Shown here: positions 8,877 through 16,564 of the stretch, piece after piece
Layout of the letters: the number at the start of each line of letters is the position of its first letter
Position numbering within the stretch: the stretch's first letter is position 1
Virus record (IMG/VR): IMGVR_UViG_3300020044_002317
Coordinates: 1 to 24,898 of that record
Origin: a virus
Lineage: Duplodnaviria; Caudoviricetes
Reading direction: 5' to 3' (one strand)
DNA length: 24,898 nucleotides
Program-made: the position numbers and the translations under genes
The notes under the pieces: generated by a model
What the model saw: only the letters and a program-made list of their open reading frames with translations
Database searches by the model: none
Told to the model about the DNA's origin: nothing

Positions 8877-9084
8877 TATGACAGCAGTAGAATGGTTGGC
8901 ACATCAATTAAATTTAGAGCCAGATGGATGGGTAAAGGACTTAATTGAACAAGCCAAAAATATGGAGAAGGGACAGATAATAGAAAGTTATTGTAAAGGT
9001 TGTTTTGATATGTGGAAAGATGACGGAATCGTACCTCGTGAAACAAGTGAACAATACTACAACGAAACCTTTAAATCAGAATAA
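8860..9084 (+). CDS. Small protein of the TAVEWL...EQAK.MEK...YYNETFKSE type
   Basis: Motif pattern I recognise from Bacteroidota phage small-gene clusters. The start could be ATG 8878. Confidence 0.75.
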   Translation: MNSKGNMTAVEWLAHQLNLEPDGWVKDLIEQAKNMEKGQIIESYCKGCFDMWKDDGIVPRETSEQYYNETFKSE

Positions 9085-9085
9085 G

Positions 9086-9277
9086 ATGGAAATACAAGTA
9101 ATAACAAGTGATTCAAATGTTGGAACAATTAATTGTGAATCAATGTATGAAGCACATACTTGGTTAATTTACCTTGAAGCAAATGGGTATAAATGTGAAA
9201 CATTTGTTGATGGAATATCACAAAGTCTTCCAAATAATCTACAGCATCCAAGTACATATAACATTAAATCAGAATAA
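9086..9277 (+). CDS. Hypothetical protein (63 aa, MEIQVITSD...NIKSE)
   Basis: ATG one base after the previous stop, ends in the same KSE-stop sequence. Confidence 0.65.
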   Translation: MEIQVITSDSNVGTINCESMYEAHTWLIYLEANGYKCETFVDGISQSLPNNLQHPSTYNIKSE

Positions 9278-9278
9278 T

Positions 9279-9686
9279 ATGAGTTGGGAACATTACATAG
9301 AAGTAGAAGCAAACATAACTGACGAAGTATTAAAAGATTATTTTAAGTTCAAGTACAGAGGTCGGTTCTATTCAGAGATGAAGTCTTGCGCTATCCACTA
9401 CCTAAAAGAAAAAGGATATAAGCACAGAGAAGTAGCAGAGATCGTATACGGTTCGTGTTTTCGGCACGATGCAGTCATTCACCACCTTAAAAACGGACTT
9501 GATATAATTAGTTCTGACGTTCGGGATCACTGGCAGTTTTGGATAGTAGATAAACTCTATCCTATATCTCAGACAAAGACCATACAACGAAAGCCGAAGA
9601 ATGACTATGAGTCTTCTATGTCATACGTCAGAGGTCACTATATCGAAACAGTAACTACTTACAACCTGAAAAATGAAGCAGTTTAA
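9279..9686 (+). CDS. Putative helix-turn-helix DNA-binding protein
   Basis: Start MSWEHY at 9279. LKEKGYKHREVAEIVYG...HDAVIHHLK resembles a DnaA C-terminal-like HTH. Confidence 0.55.
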   Translation: MSWEHYIEVEANITDEVLKDYFKFKYRGRFYSEMKSCAIHYLKEKGYKHREVAEIVYGSCFRHDAVIHHLKNGLDIISSDVRDHWQFWIVDKLYPISQTKTIQRKPKNDYESSMSYVRGHYIETVTTYNLKNEAV

Positions 9687-9888
9687 AATAACATTTACTA
9701 TTAACGGCAGATACTCTGCTTCTGTGTTTAACTACGCTAACGATCAAGAGAAAGACGAAAAGCTGAAGGAGTGGAAACAGGAACACCTGACAGCTTACAA
9801 CGATGTGCAAGTCTTGAGTTACATTGAAGACTGGGACAACGGGACAACGGATAGAGTAACTAGTAATATTTACATTAAAAACAAATAA
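9673..9888 (+). CDS. Hypothetical protein (71 aa)
   Basis: Coupled ORF with A-rich leader. Confidence 0.7.
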   Translation: MKQFKITFTINGRYSASVFNYANDQEKDEKLKEWKQEHLTAYNDVQVLSYIEDWDNGTTDRVTSNIYIKNK

Positions 9889-9890
9889 CT

Positions 9891-10154
9891 ATGAATAAGG
9901 AATATTTAGATTTTCTAGAAAGAAAGAAACACTTGATAGGTAATTTTGGTTTTGAACCTAACTACGTGCCAGATATAGCTTTTGACTTTCAAAAAGCTAT
10001 TATAGAGAGATCAATAAACAAAGGTAGAATAGCTATTTTTGCAGATACTGGACTAGGTAAGACATTAATTCAATTATCTATTGCTAAAAACATTGTAAAC
10101 CATACAAATAAACGTGTATTAATTTTGACTCCTTTAGCTGTAGGCTTTCAATTT
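9891..10154 (+). pseudogene. N-terminal fragment of a superfamily 2 (SNF2-like) helicase, truncated
   Basis: Q motif FDFQ, Walker A ADTGLGKT, motif Ia VLILTPLAV. No DExD or later motifs. The rest of ORF 9891..10205 is antisense to 10134..10370. Confidence 0.85.
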
Positions 10155-10370
10155 GTCTATCTCTTTTACTATGTCTGTATAGTTATCTGCGTTCTGTTCA
10201 GGTAAAGCACTAGTTACATTCTCTACGAACTTCTCTATAAATGAGTAGTAGTTGTCTGTCCGTGTTTTAAAAGTGTGCTTGTATAGAACCCTGTCAGATA
10301 AGTCTTCTATTGTGTGTAGTACACTCTGAAGCTGACAGCATAACGCAAGTGTTAAATCTACGTCTTTCAT
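10134..10370 (-). CDS. Hypothetical protein (78 aa), extreme C-terminus may derive from the junction
   Basis: ATGA-coupled to the upstream ORF. Last codons overlap helicase motif Ia on the other strand. Confidence 0.7.
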   Translation of the reverse strand: MKDVDLTLALCCQLQSVLHTIEDLSDRVLYKHTFKTRTDNYYSFIEKFVENVTSALPEQNADNYTDIVKEIDKLKAYS

Positions 10371-10558
10371 AACTGATTTAATTTAATCTCTCTTATTCGT
10401 TGCATACGGTCAAGATCGTAGTTAGTGAAAAACTGCTTTCTCTTTGCATCGTCAATAGCTAGGTTCGGTCTAAACTCATTCTCTAGTTCTGTTGCCTTTA
10501 CGTTTTGGTTTAGCTTGTTAACTGCTTTGCTATACCAGTCTGCTGAAAATTTTATCAT
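10367..10558 (-). CDS. Hypothetical protein (63 aa)
   Basis: ATGA-coupled on both sides. Confidence 0.7.
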   Translation of the reverse strand: MIKFSADWYSKAVNKLNQNVKATELENEFRPNLAIDDAKRKQFFTNYDLDRMQRIREIKLNQL

Positions 10559-10794
10559 TGTATTGCTTTTATAAGGTTCTTAATTTGTGTTAGCGAGTCT
10601 ACTCCTATCTCAACTTCATTGTGTCTAGTTGCGTTGAAGATACTCAGAGTCCATTCATTGCTCTTATAGTGAGATAACTCCACTTGTATTGTGTTATTAT
10701 CTAGTTCGTAAAGCCAGTACTCCTTATTATTGAATTCATCGTCTTTAATAAATCCTAGATTATCTAGGTCTATTGGTAAAATTGATTCTTTCAT
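10555..10794 (-). CDS. Hypothetical early protein (79 aa)
   Basis: Starts one base after the upstream stop. Confidence 0.75.
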   Translation of the reverse strand: MKESILPIDLDNLGFIKDDEFNNKEYWLYELDNNTIQVELSHYKSNEWTLSIFNATRHNEVEIGVDSLTQIKNLIKAIQ

Positions 10795-10795
10795 A

Positions 10796-11041
10796 TTACT
10801 TTGTTTTAAGAATTTCGTTTAGGATATTTTCAAAAGAAGAATGAAGACGGTCACGTCCACGAACGCAAGTATCTATCTGCTCATCTGTAAAAGGTGTGAA
10901 CCCGTTAGGCTCTGCTACTTCTAAATTATACTGGAGTTTAGTGTCTATTCTGTCCTGCATATTTCTAGCAGCGTTCAACACTTCTAAAGCCTTGTCCATT
11001 AAATAGGCTTTCTGATTAAATTCTTTTTCTCTTGTTTTCAT
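10796..11041 (-). CDS. Hypothetical early protein (81 aa), first gene of the operon
   Basis: Directly downstream of a TATATTTG promoter, A-rich leader. Confidence 0.8.
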   Translation of the reverse strand: MKTREKEFNQKAYLMDKALEVLNAARNMQDRIDTKLQYNLEVAEPNGFTPFTDEQIDTCVRGRDRLHSSFENILNEILKTK

Positions 11042-11064
11042 ATTCTTGTTTTTAAATGTTTCGA

Positions 11065-11097
11065 CAAATATATGTTATTTCGTTAATAACTACCAAA
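11065..11097 (-). promoter_or_regulatory. Bacteroidota-type promoter TTTG-N21-TATATTTG
   Basis: Plus strand caaatata 11065-11072 and caaa 11094-11097. Confidence 0.75.
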
Positions 11098-11162
11098 TAA
11101 AATTGATAAAAGTTTTCAATTATTTTTTTTTTACTAATGTTTTACCTGTAAGAAATTCCGAA

Positions 11163-11214
11163 TTAACATTACTTTATTACAGAATATTTCAGCTTTTAAC
11201 CTTACTTTATTACA
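11163..11214. repeat. 19-bp direct repeat TTAAC(A/C)TTACTTTATTACA, 33-bp period
   Basis: Copies at 11163-11181 and 11196-11214 in an AT-rich intergenic region. Confidence 0.8.
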
Positions 11215-11277
11215 ATTTACTACGGGTTAAACCTTAAAAAATGGGAATACTATTTATGGTTATAGCTTTCAGTAAAT

Positions 11278-11305
11278 AAAAAAGCCACCCCCGAAGAGAT
11301 GGCTT
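11278..11305 (-). terminator. Rho-independent terminator
   Basis: AAGCCATCTC-TTCG-GGGGTGGCTT followed by T run, with a cUUCGg tetraloop. Confidence 0.85.
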
Positions 11306-11335
11306 AACCTAAAACAAGATACTATGAAAATAATC
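11278..11335 (-). ncRNA. Candidate ~60-nt antisense small RNA
   Basis: Lies between a TATCTTTG box and the terminator. Its 5' part is complementary to the start regions of 10796..11041 and 10555..10794. The 5' end is estimated. Confidence 0.55.
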
Positions 11336-11339
11336 AAGT

Positions 11340-11347
11340 CAAAGATA
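11340..11347 (-). promoter_or_regulatory. -7 promoter box TATCTTTG for the candidate sRNA
   Basis: Exact TAnnTTTG immediately after the exonuclease stop. No canonical -33 box seen. Confidence 0.55.
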
Positions 11348-12133
11348 CTACTTATTATTTAATCTAGCTTTGAATTTTAAATATTCTTGATAAGTTTTAT
11401 TATTTATAGTCCAAGTTTTTCTACATTCTTTACGATCTGAACACTGCATAACGTGCTTTATTGTTCCGTGTAAGGTGGTTCTCATCTGTTTATACTGACC
11501 TAGCTTACCACATTCTAAACATTCGAACTTCTCGCCACCTTTTAGGACTGCATAGTTGACTTTTCCTTTTGTATATGGGTTTAGTTTCTGATGTACAGCT
11601 TCAAGAACTTGAACGTCCATCTTGCAGTATTCTACCATATGGTTAAGGCTCTCTTCACAATTCTCTAAACAAACCTTTTTCCATAGGTCAAGACCTCCGG
11701 TAGACATCTTAGCACCTACTCCTAAAAACTTGGCAATATAATCTAGCTTATTAGAGTTAAAATAGAACCCACTTTTAGCGAGTTTAAGAGTATCTATAGT
11801 GTCATAGGTGTGATTCATATTGACCCCGTGAAATAAAGCCCGTGTACGCAACCATTTTAAATCGAATCTATCTCCATTGTGTGCGATAGCTTCCGAACTC
11901 TTCTCTAGTTCTTTAATGAACTTCTTTAGTAGCTTTTTATCTGAATGGTTTTTGTCCCACTTTAAAGAATGGATTTCGTCTTCGCCTTCCCACTTCCAGC
12001 AAACGCAAATAATAGCACGTTCTTGGATAATGCTGTCAGGTGTTACCGTCATATTATACCCTGACCTCCAAAATATACCGATATTAGGACTAGTCTCAAT
12101 ATCAAAGTACATTCTTTTTCTAGTAATACTCAT
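11348..12133 (-). CDS. RNase H-like (DEDD, YprB/RNase_H_2-type) 3'-5' exonuclease with C-terminal Cys cluster
   Basis: FDIET (ExoI), HNGDRFD (ExoII), IDTL, NKLDY, YCKMDV (ExoIII), plus CLEC...C....C. Confidence 0.85.
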   Translation of the reverse strand: MSITRKRMYFDIETSPNIGIFWRSGYNMTVTPDSIIQERAIICVCWKWEGEDEIHSLKWDKNHSDKKLLKKFIKELEKSSEAIAHNGDRFDLKWLRTRALFHGVNMNHTYDTIDTLKLAKSGFYFNSNKLDYIAKFLGVGAKMSTGGLDLWKKVCLENCEESLNHMVEYCKMDVQVLEAVHQKLNPYTKGKVNYAVLKGGEKFECLECGKLGQYKQMRTTLHGTIKHVMQCSDRKECRKTWTINNKTYQEYLKFKARLNNK

Positions 12134-12154
12134 ATTTTAGGTTTAAAATTTCGC

Positions 12155-12162
12155 CTAAGATA
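12155..12162 (-). promoter_or_regulatory. Possible -7 box variant TATCTTAG upstream of the exonuclease
   Basis: One mismatch from TAnnTTTG, 21 nt upstream of ATG 12133, same flanking context as 11340-11353. Confidence 0.4.
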
Positions 12163-12681
12163 CTACTTTTTAAACCATTTCAATGCAAGAACTAGGATAG
12201 TTAAGATAACAGACCAAACAATTAAACCTTTCACCTGTCTTAATAGATTTTCTTTTGACTTAATTTTAGCCATTTTAACGGATTGTTTTTGTTGCTGTGA
12301 TACCAAGTATCTATTCTGCTTTAAAAGTGCCTTAAAACGCTTCGTATCGTGCTTATATTCAATTCTAGTTTGCCACCTTGTCTTAGGTACGTAAGAAGTT
12401 TTGTATTTTATGATGGTATCGTGCTTAGTAATATAGTACTGCCATACGATAGTATCATTTTTTATTACTTGAAAGGAGTCTACCTTTTCGATAGTTATAG
12501 TATCGGAGATAGTGTCGCATCTATAACCATACTTAACCGCTTTTTTGTAGTGCTTTTGTGCAAGTCTAGCATCTGAACAAGACTGAAGACTAAAAACCCA
12601 CATCAAAAGAACCGCAGAAAGTAGCCACATAAAAGCCACTATTAAAATATGTCGAAAGTCTACCTTCATTTTAAAACTCAT
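12163..12681 (-). CDS. Putative unimolecular spanin-like lipoprotein (172 aa)
   Basis: Hydrophobic signal ending in the lipobox-like LQSC, a C-terminal TM helix, directly after the endolysin. Confidence 0.55.
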   Translation of the reverse strand: MSFKMKVDFRHILIVAFMWLLSAVLLMWVFSLQSCSDARLAQKHYKKAVKYGYRCDTISDTITIEKVDSFQVIKNDTIVWQYYITKHDTIIKYKTSYVPKTRWQTRIEYKHDTKRFKALLKQNRYLVSQQQKQSVKMAKIKSKENLLRQVKGLIVWSVILTILVLALKWFKK

Positions 12682-13255
12682 TTAATAAGCAATAAGAAAC
12701 TTTAACTCCTGAAGGTATTAACTCCATTATCTTTCGGTACTTATCCATATTGTTTACTACTTGACATCCTGCGCTCCATCCGTTTATTAATGTGCCTGTA
12801 GTCTTTGCGTTTATGTCTCTTGTATTAGGGTGGAAGTTTATACCGAAATAGCCCTCTTGTACAAGATCGGTATGCTCTGACTTGTCATCTTTGTCTCCAT
12901 CTCTGTAAACTTTTACTTTGTTTCCTGTCTGAACAAGTGCCGTAGTTTTACCTAGATGTTTGCCCTTTATCCAAATATTGTGATGCCATATGTCAGCAAC
13001 TAGAACGGCTGCACCTTTAGCGTTGAAACTTGAGTAGCTTCTAAGAACGGTTGTACCCGGATTAGTAGTACAGCTAGATACTAAAATGAATTCTTCGCCT
13101 TTAAATAAATACACCTTGTCATCAAATACGTTTGGCAGGTCTTCTGTTGACCGAACACCTAGCAACCAATAGCCGTTAGGAATAGCTTTGTAGTTAGATA
13201 GAGACTTTACTCTTGATAAGAGTTGATCTTCTGTGTAGTTTTTTACTGAACTCAT
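12671..13255 (-). CDS. Putative endolysin, YkuD-like motif (194 aa)
   Basis: GINFH-x18-SAGCQV, between holin-like and spanin-like genes. Homologous to 504..1109 (STED..NVFDDK.YLF, RDGDKD, YCLL.EF). Confidence 0.7.
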   Translation of the reverse strand: MSSVKNYTEDQLLSRVKSLSNYKAIPNGYWLLGVRSTEDLPNVFDDKVYLFKGEEFILVSSCTTNPGTTVLRSYSSFNAKGAAVLVADIWHHNIWIKGKHLGKTTALVQTGNKVKVYRDGDKDDKSEHTDLVQEGYFGINFHPNTRDINAKTTGTLINGWSAGCQVVNNMDKYRKIMELIPSGVKVSYCLLNEF

Positions 13256-13503
13256 ATACTTGGTTTTACTTTTTTACTGAATGCATCCGCTATTTTTATC
13301 CCACTTGCTAGACCTACGAAAGCAAAGAACACCTCACCATTGAACCCGTGAAGAATAAAATCTACCCACCCATAGAGTAAGGTAGATGCCGAAAAGACGA
13401 ACATTGTAATTAACGTGGAGGAGTATTTTCCGTCACGCTTGAATGTGTCGTTTAGTACGTTTCCTAGTATCTGGTAAAATACCGACATTTTGCTCTTTGA
13501 CAT
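13252..13503 (-). CDS. Holin-like membrane protein
   Basis: Two hydrophobic segments, basic tail, ATGA-coupled to the endolysin. Confidence 0.6.
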   Translation of the reverse strand: MSKSKMSVFYQILGNVLNDTFKRDGKYSSTLITMFVFSASTLLYGWVDFILHGFNGEVFFAFVGLASGIKIADAFSKKVKPSI

Positions 13504-13666
13504 AGGCTTCTTTTCTAGCTGATGAATTAATAACTCTCATTGTGTAACAGTTGTACAGCTTGTCTTCTACTACGTTAAGTCTTGATTCGTTTCGAATGTA
13601 TAAAATAACTATAATGGCTGTAATGCCGTGCTTCTTAATCGCGTCAAGTATTTGTGTCAAGTCCAT
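13433..13666 (-). CDS. Small membrane-anchored protein (77 aa), lysis region
   Basis: Hydrophobic GITAIIVILY segment, TAATG-coupled. Confidence 0.65.
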   Translation of the reverse strand: MDLTQILDAIKKHGITAIIVILYIRNESRLNVVEDKLYNCYTMRVINSSARKEAYVKEQNVGILPDTRKRTKRHIQA

Positions 13667-14112
13667 TAACTAATCTGTTTAAAAGGTATTTCGCATTCTG
13701 TGTGACCTTCTACTTCAAAAGTGAAACTACCTACCCACCCTGCTACATAGTCAAGGTCATAGTTGTTTAAAGGTGTAAAGCTAGGCTCTGTAATTACGTC
13801 AATAGTCAAGTCGCTACCATCGTGAAAGTATAAATACATATCTCTTAGGATCAAGTGACAATCTGAAAGAATGGTGTTTAAGTTCGCTCTGTCTTTTTGG
13901 ATAATGTCAACACAATAAACATTAACAGAAAACTGAGTTAAATCTAAACCATCTACACTACTGACAGGCTCAACAAATATAATAGGATATTTTTCGTTTT
14001 GAGTAGCAAAGTTAGGCATCTGCTCTTTAAACTCACCTCCGAACTTTTGTATCTGTATATGGTTATTACAGAATAGTTCTATCTTATCTAATAACTGAAT
14101 GTAGCTTGTCAT
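13666..14112 (-). CDS. Putative tail terminator/completion protein (148 aa)
   Basis: YP.IFV, F.VNVY.VD and VAGW patterns, size and structural context. Confidence 0.6.
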   Translation of the reverse strand: MTSYIQLLDKIELFCNNHIQIQKFGGEFKEQMPNFATQNEKYPIIFVEPVSSVDGLDLTQFSVNVYCVDIIQKDRANLNTILSDCHLILRDMYLYFHDGSDLTIDVITEPSFTPLNNYDLDYVAGWVGSFTFEVEGHTECEIPFKQIS

Positions 14113-16049
14113 AGTTCTGCCATTGTTTTGAATTTATTAGCTTGATTCTGAGCGTTAGTTATGTCGCTTTCTACTACTACTGCCTTGACTACCATTTCAC
14201 CGCCTCCGTTAGCCTCTTGAGATGGTGTAGAACTAAGGTTGTTAGCGTTGTTATTTTGACCAAACATAGATACGTTAGGAGTAGCTGCTTCTGTTGAAGT
14301 AGATGTTGCCGTAGGTGCTGAACCGCTAACCGATCCACCTATTGGAGGTGCTTTCTTTAATGCAGCATAAGCAGAGGCAACCGCACCAAGTACCGTACCT
14401 ATACCCGAAGCTATGTAGCCTGCAAGTAAGAAGGGTGCAGCAGGCCCACCAGCAGCAGCAGCAGCAGTAGCACCTGCAATGGTAGCAGATATAGCTTTTG
14501 CCGTATCTGTTGCAATCTGAACAAGAGCAATAGTCTTTTGAAGACCTGCCGTCTTTATACCTGCTGCCGTTAGTAACTGCTCAAGACCTTGAAGACCTTT
14601 AACCAAGTCAGCTCCTAAATTCAAACGTGCTTCTTTGAATGCCTTCTCTTGCGCTAGTTTTTCGTCATTCTCCTTTTTTCTCCTGTCTAGTTCAGCTACT
14701 CTTGCTTCTTCGTTTCTTGCTAAAAATGCTGCTTTTTCTTCTTCGTCTTTTACTTTTCTAGCTTCAGTCTCGGCATCTAAAATAGCTTTAGCTTCTTCAA
14801 GTTGCGCTTGATTTATAGCTTTCTCAGCTTCAAATTCTTGCTGTTTTAGAAGTTCAATTAACTTTGTTTTTTCTCCACTTAATAGCTTTTCATTTGCTAA
14901 AGTATCTTCTATTAAACGCTTGTACTTTAGTTTATTTGCAGCAAGTTCTTTTTCTGCTCCGTCTTCTTGTAATTCAAGCTGCATATCTTCGATTGATCGA
15001 AGTGCAGATAGCCGTTCTTTAGCTTCTTCTTCCTGTGCTTTCTTTGAATTTTCCCAAACCTTTCTTCTATTCTCTTCTACCTTTTTGGCATTATCCTCTA
15101 CCTTCTTTTTATTCTCCTCTCTTAATGCTTCGAAGTCTTGACCTGCTTCTCTTAATGCTTTCTTTTGTTCAGCTAGACTATCCTTTAATTTTTTAAGATC
15201 TTCGTCTTCTAAGTCTCCTAGCTTTTCGTGTAGTTTTACCTGCTTCGCTAGTTCTTCTACTCTTATCTGAGTAGTTTCAATTATGTACTTTTGCTTTTGT
15301 GCTTCAGCAATAGCTACGTCTTCGCCTTGTATTTTGGCTAGACGTATTTCGTGATCCATTGTATCTATTCTTTTCTCACTTGTTTTCTCTAGTGCTTCAA
15401 GTGTTTTCTCAGATGCTTCAATTTGCTTTTGTGCGGACTCTTCGGCAGCGTGTGCCGTTAACCCTAGCCAGTCGGTAAGCATTTTAAAACCTTCGATAAC
15501 AGCATCTATTATAACCATTATAGCTTTAAACACTTTACCAATAGCATCAAGGATAGGCTTTAAGATGCCTAGCTTGTTCATTAAGAGAATAATGATAGCA
15601 ACAATGGCAGCAATAGCAGCAGCAATTAAGAATATAGGGTTCGTAAGTAAAGATAAACCTACCGACATAAAGGCTTTACCTACTTGAAAGACTACCGTAC
15701 TTAATGATTTTAGAGACTTGGCAATCATATCTCCGTTAATACCTTTGGCAGCAGAAGCAAATAGCTTTGAACTTTCAGCAGCACCTTCAAAATCCAAAGA
15801 CATTAACTGACTACCCATTAAGCCTAGAGCGTTATTCGTCTGCTCAAATGGTGAACCCGAAGCAAAGACCGCTACTCTTTCATTAGCGTCCTTTAATTGG
15901 TCAGATAATTCACCTGCCTTAGCGGCAAGTTCTGCCATTTGTTTTGGGTCAGTAGCCGAAGCAAGTTCTCCCTTAAGTTCTCGGAGTTCTTTCTTAATTT
16001 GGGCTATGCCGTTAACCTTTAATTCTATCGTAGATGTGTTCCCTGCCAT
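14109..16049 (-). CDS. Tape measure protein (646 aa)
   Basis: Long helical Ala/Glu/Lys-rich protein with the hydrophobic TNPIFLIAAAIAAIVA segment and an Ala/Gly-rich C-terminal region. Confidence 0.85.
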   Translation of the reverse strand: MAGNTSTIELKVNGIAQIKKELRELKGELASATDPKQMAELAAKAGELSDQLKDANERVAVFASGSPFEQTNNALGLMGSQLMSLDFEGAAESSKLFASAAKGINGDMIAKSLKSLSTVVFQVGKAFMSVGLSLLTNPIFLIAAAIAAIVAIIILLMNKLGILKPILDAIGKVFKAIMVIIDAVIEGFKMLTDWLGLTAHAAEESAQKQIEASEKTLEALEKTSEKRIDTMDHEIRLAKIQGEDVAIAEAQKQKYIIETTQIRVEELAKQVKLHEKLGDLEDEDLKKLKDSLAEQKKALREAGQDFEALREENKKKVEDNAKKVEENRRKVWENSKKAQEEEAKERLSALRSIEDMQLELQEDGAEKELAANKLKYKRLIEDTLANEKLLSGEKTKLIELLKQQEFEAEKAINQAQLEEAKAILDAETEARKVKDEEEKAAFLARNEEARVAELDRRKKENDEKLAQEKAFKEARLNLGADLVKGLQGLEQLLTAAGIKTAGLQKTIALVQIATDTAKAISATIAGATAAAAAGGPAAPFLLAGYIASGIGTVLGAVASAYAALKKAPPIGGSVSGSAPTATSTSTEAATPNVSMFGQNNNANNLSSTPSQEANGGGEMVVKAVVVESDITNAQNQANKFKTMAEL

Positions 16050-16564
16050 TAGATAACCATCATTGTATTATCATAGTCTCCTGAACCGCTGCAATCGTCC
16101 ACAGGTTTAATGTCTGAGTCCGTGTTTAGGGTACTAGTGAACTCAGGGAATAAATCTTTATTCTCTAGAATGTAGTTAATTAGACGCTTTTCAAAAAATG
16201 CTGCCATCTGTCCGTAATGATCCATAACAAAAGCTACTTCTCCTTGACTTACATTCTGAGAGTAGTCACCAAACTGAACCTGAACACCTTTGTTTTTAAG
16301 TTGGTAGGACAACCCGAACACAGCGTTCTCTGCTGCTCTCCACGCCACTACTGGCTGTATCTTTTCTACTAGCTTCTCTTCGTCATTGTTTAATGTTTGA
16401 GCGTTGTATTCTGCTAGTAAGTAGGTATAAAAATACGAACCTAGGATAGACTGAACTCTCATATCTGAACTAGGTCTAATGTAAGGAGTAACGTCCTTAA
16501 CATCTACGTTAGCAGTTATCGGAGTATTGTTCTTTAAGTAGGTCTCGGTTACAAAGTATATCAT
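16049..16564 (-). CDS. Putative head-tail adaptor (171 aa)
   Basis: Directly downstream of the portal. F..E..LK..T.I..NVD and VQSILGS.FY pattern. Confidence 0.6.
   Translation of the reverse strand: MIYFVTETYLKNNTPITANVDVKDVTPYIRPSSDMRVQSILGSYFYTYLLAEYNAQTLNNDEEKLVEKIQPVVAWRAAENAVFGLSYQLKNKGVQVQFGDYSQNVSQGEVAFVMDHYGQMAAFFEKRLINYILENKDLFPEFTSTLNTDSDIKPVDDCSGSGDYDNTMMVI

Noticed and set aside
11163-11214. CRISPR mini-array
   Set aside because: Only two 19-bp copies with a 14-bp spacer, and no cas genes.
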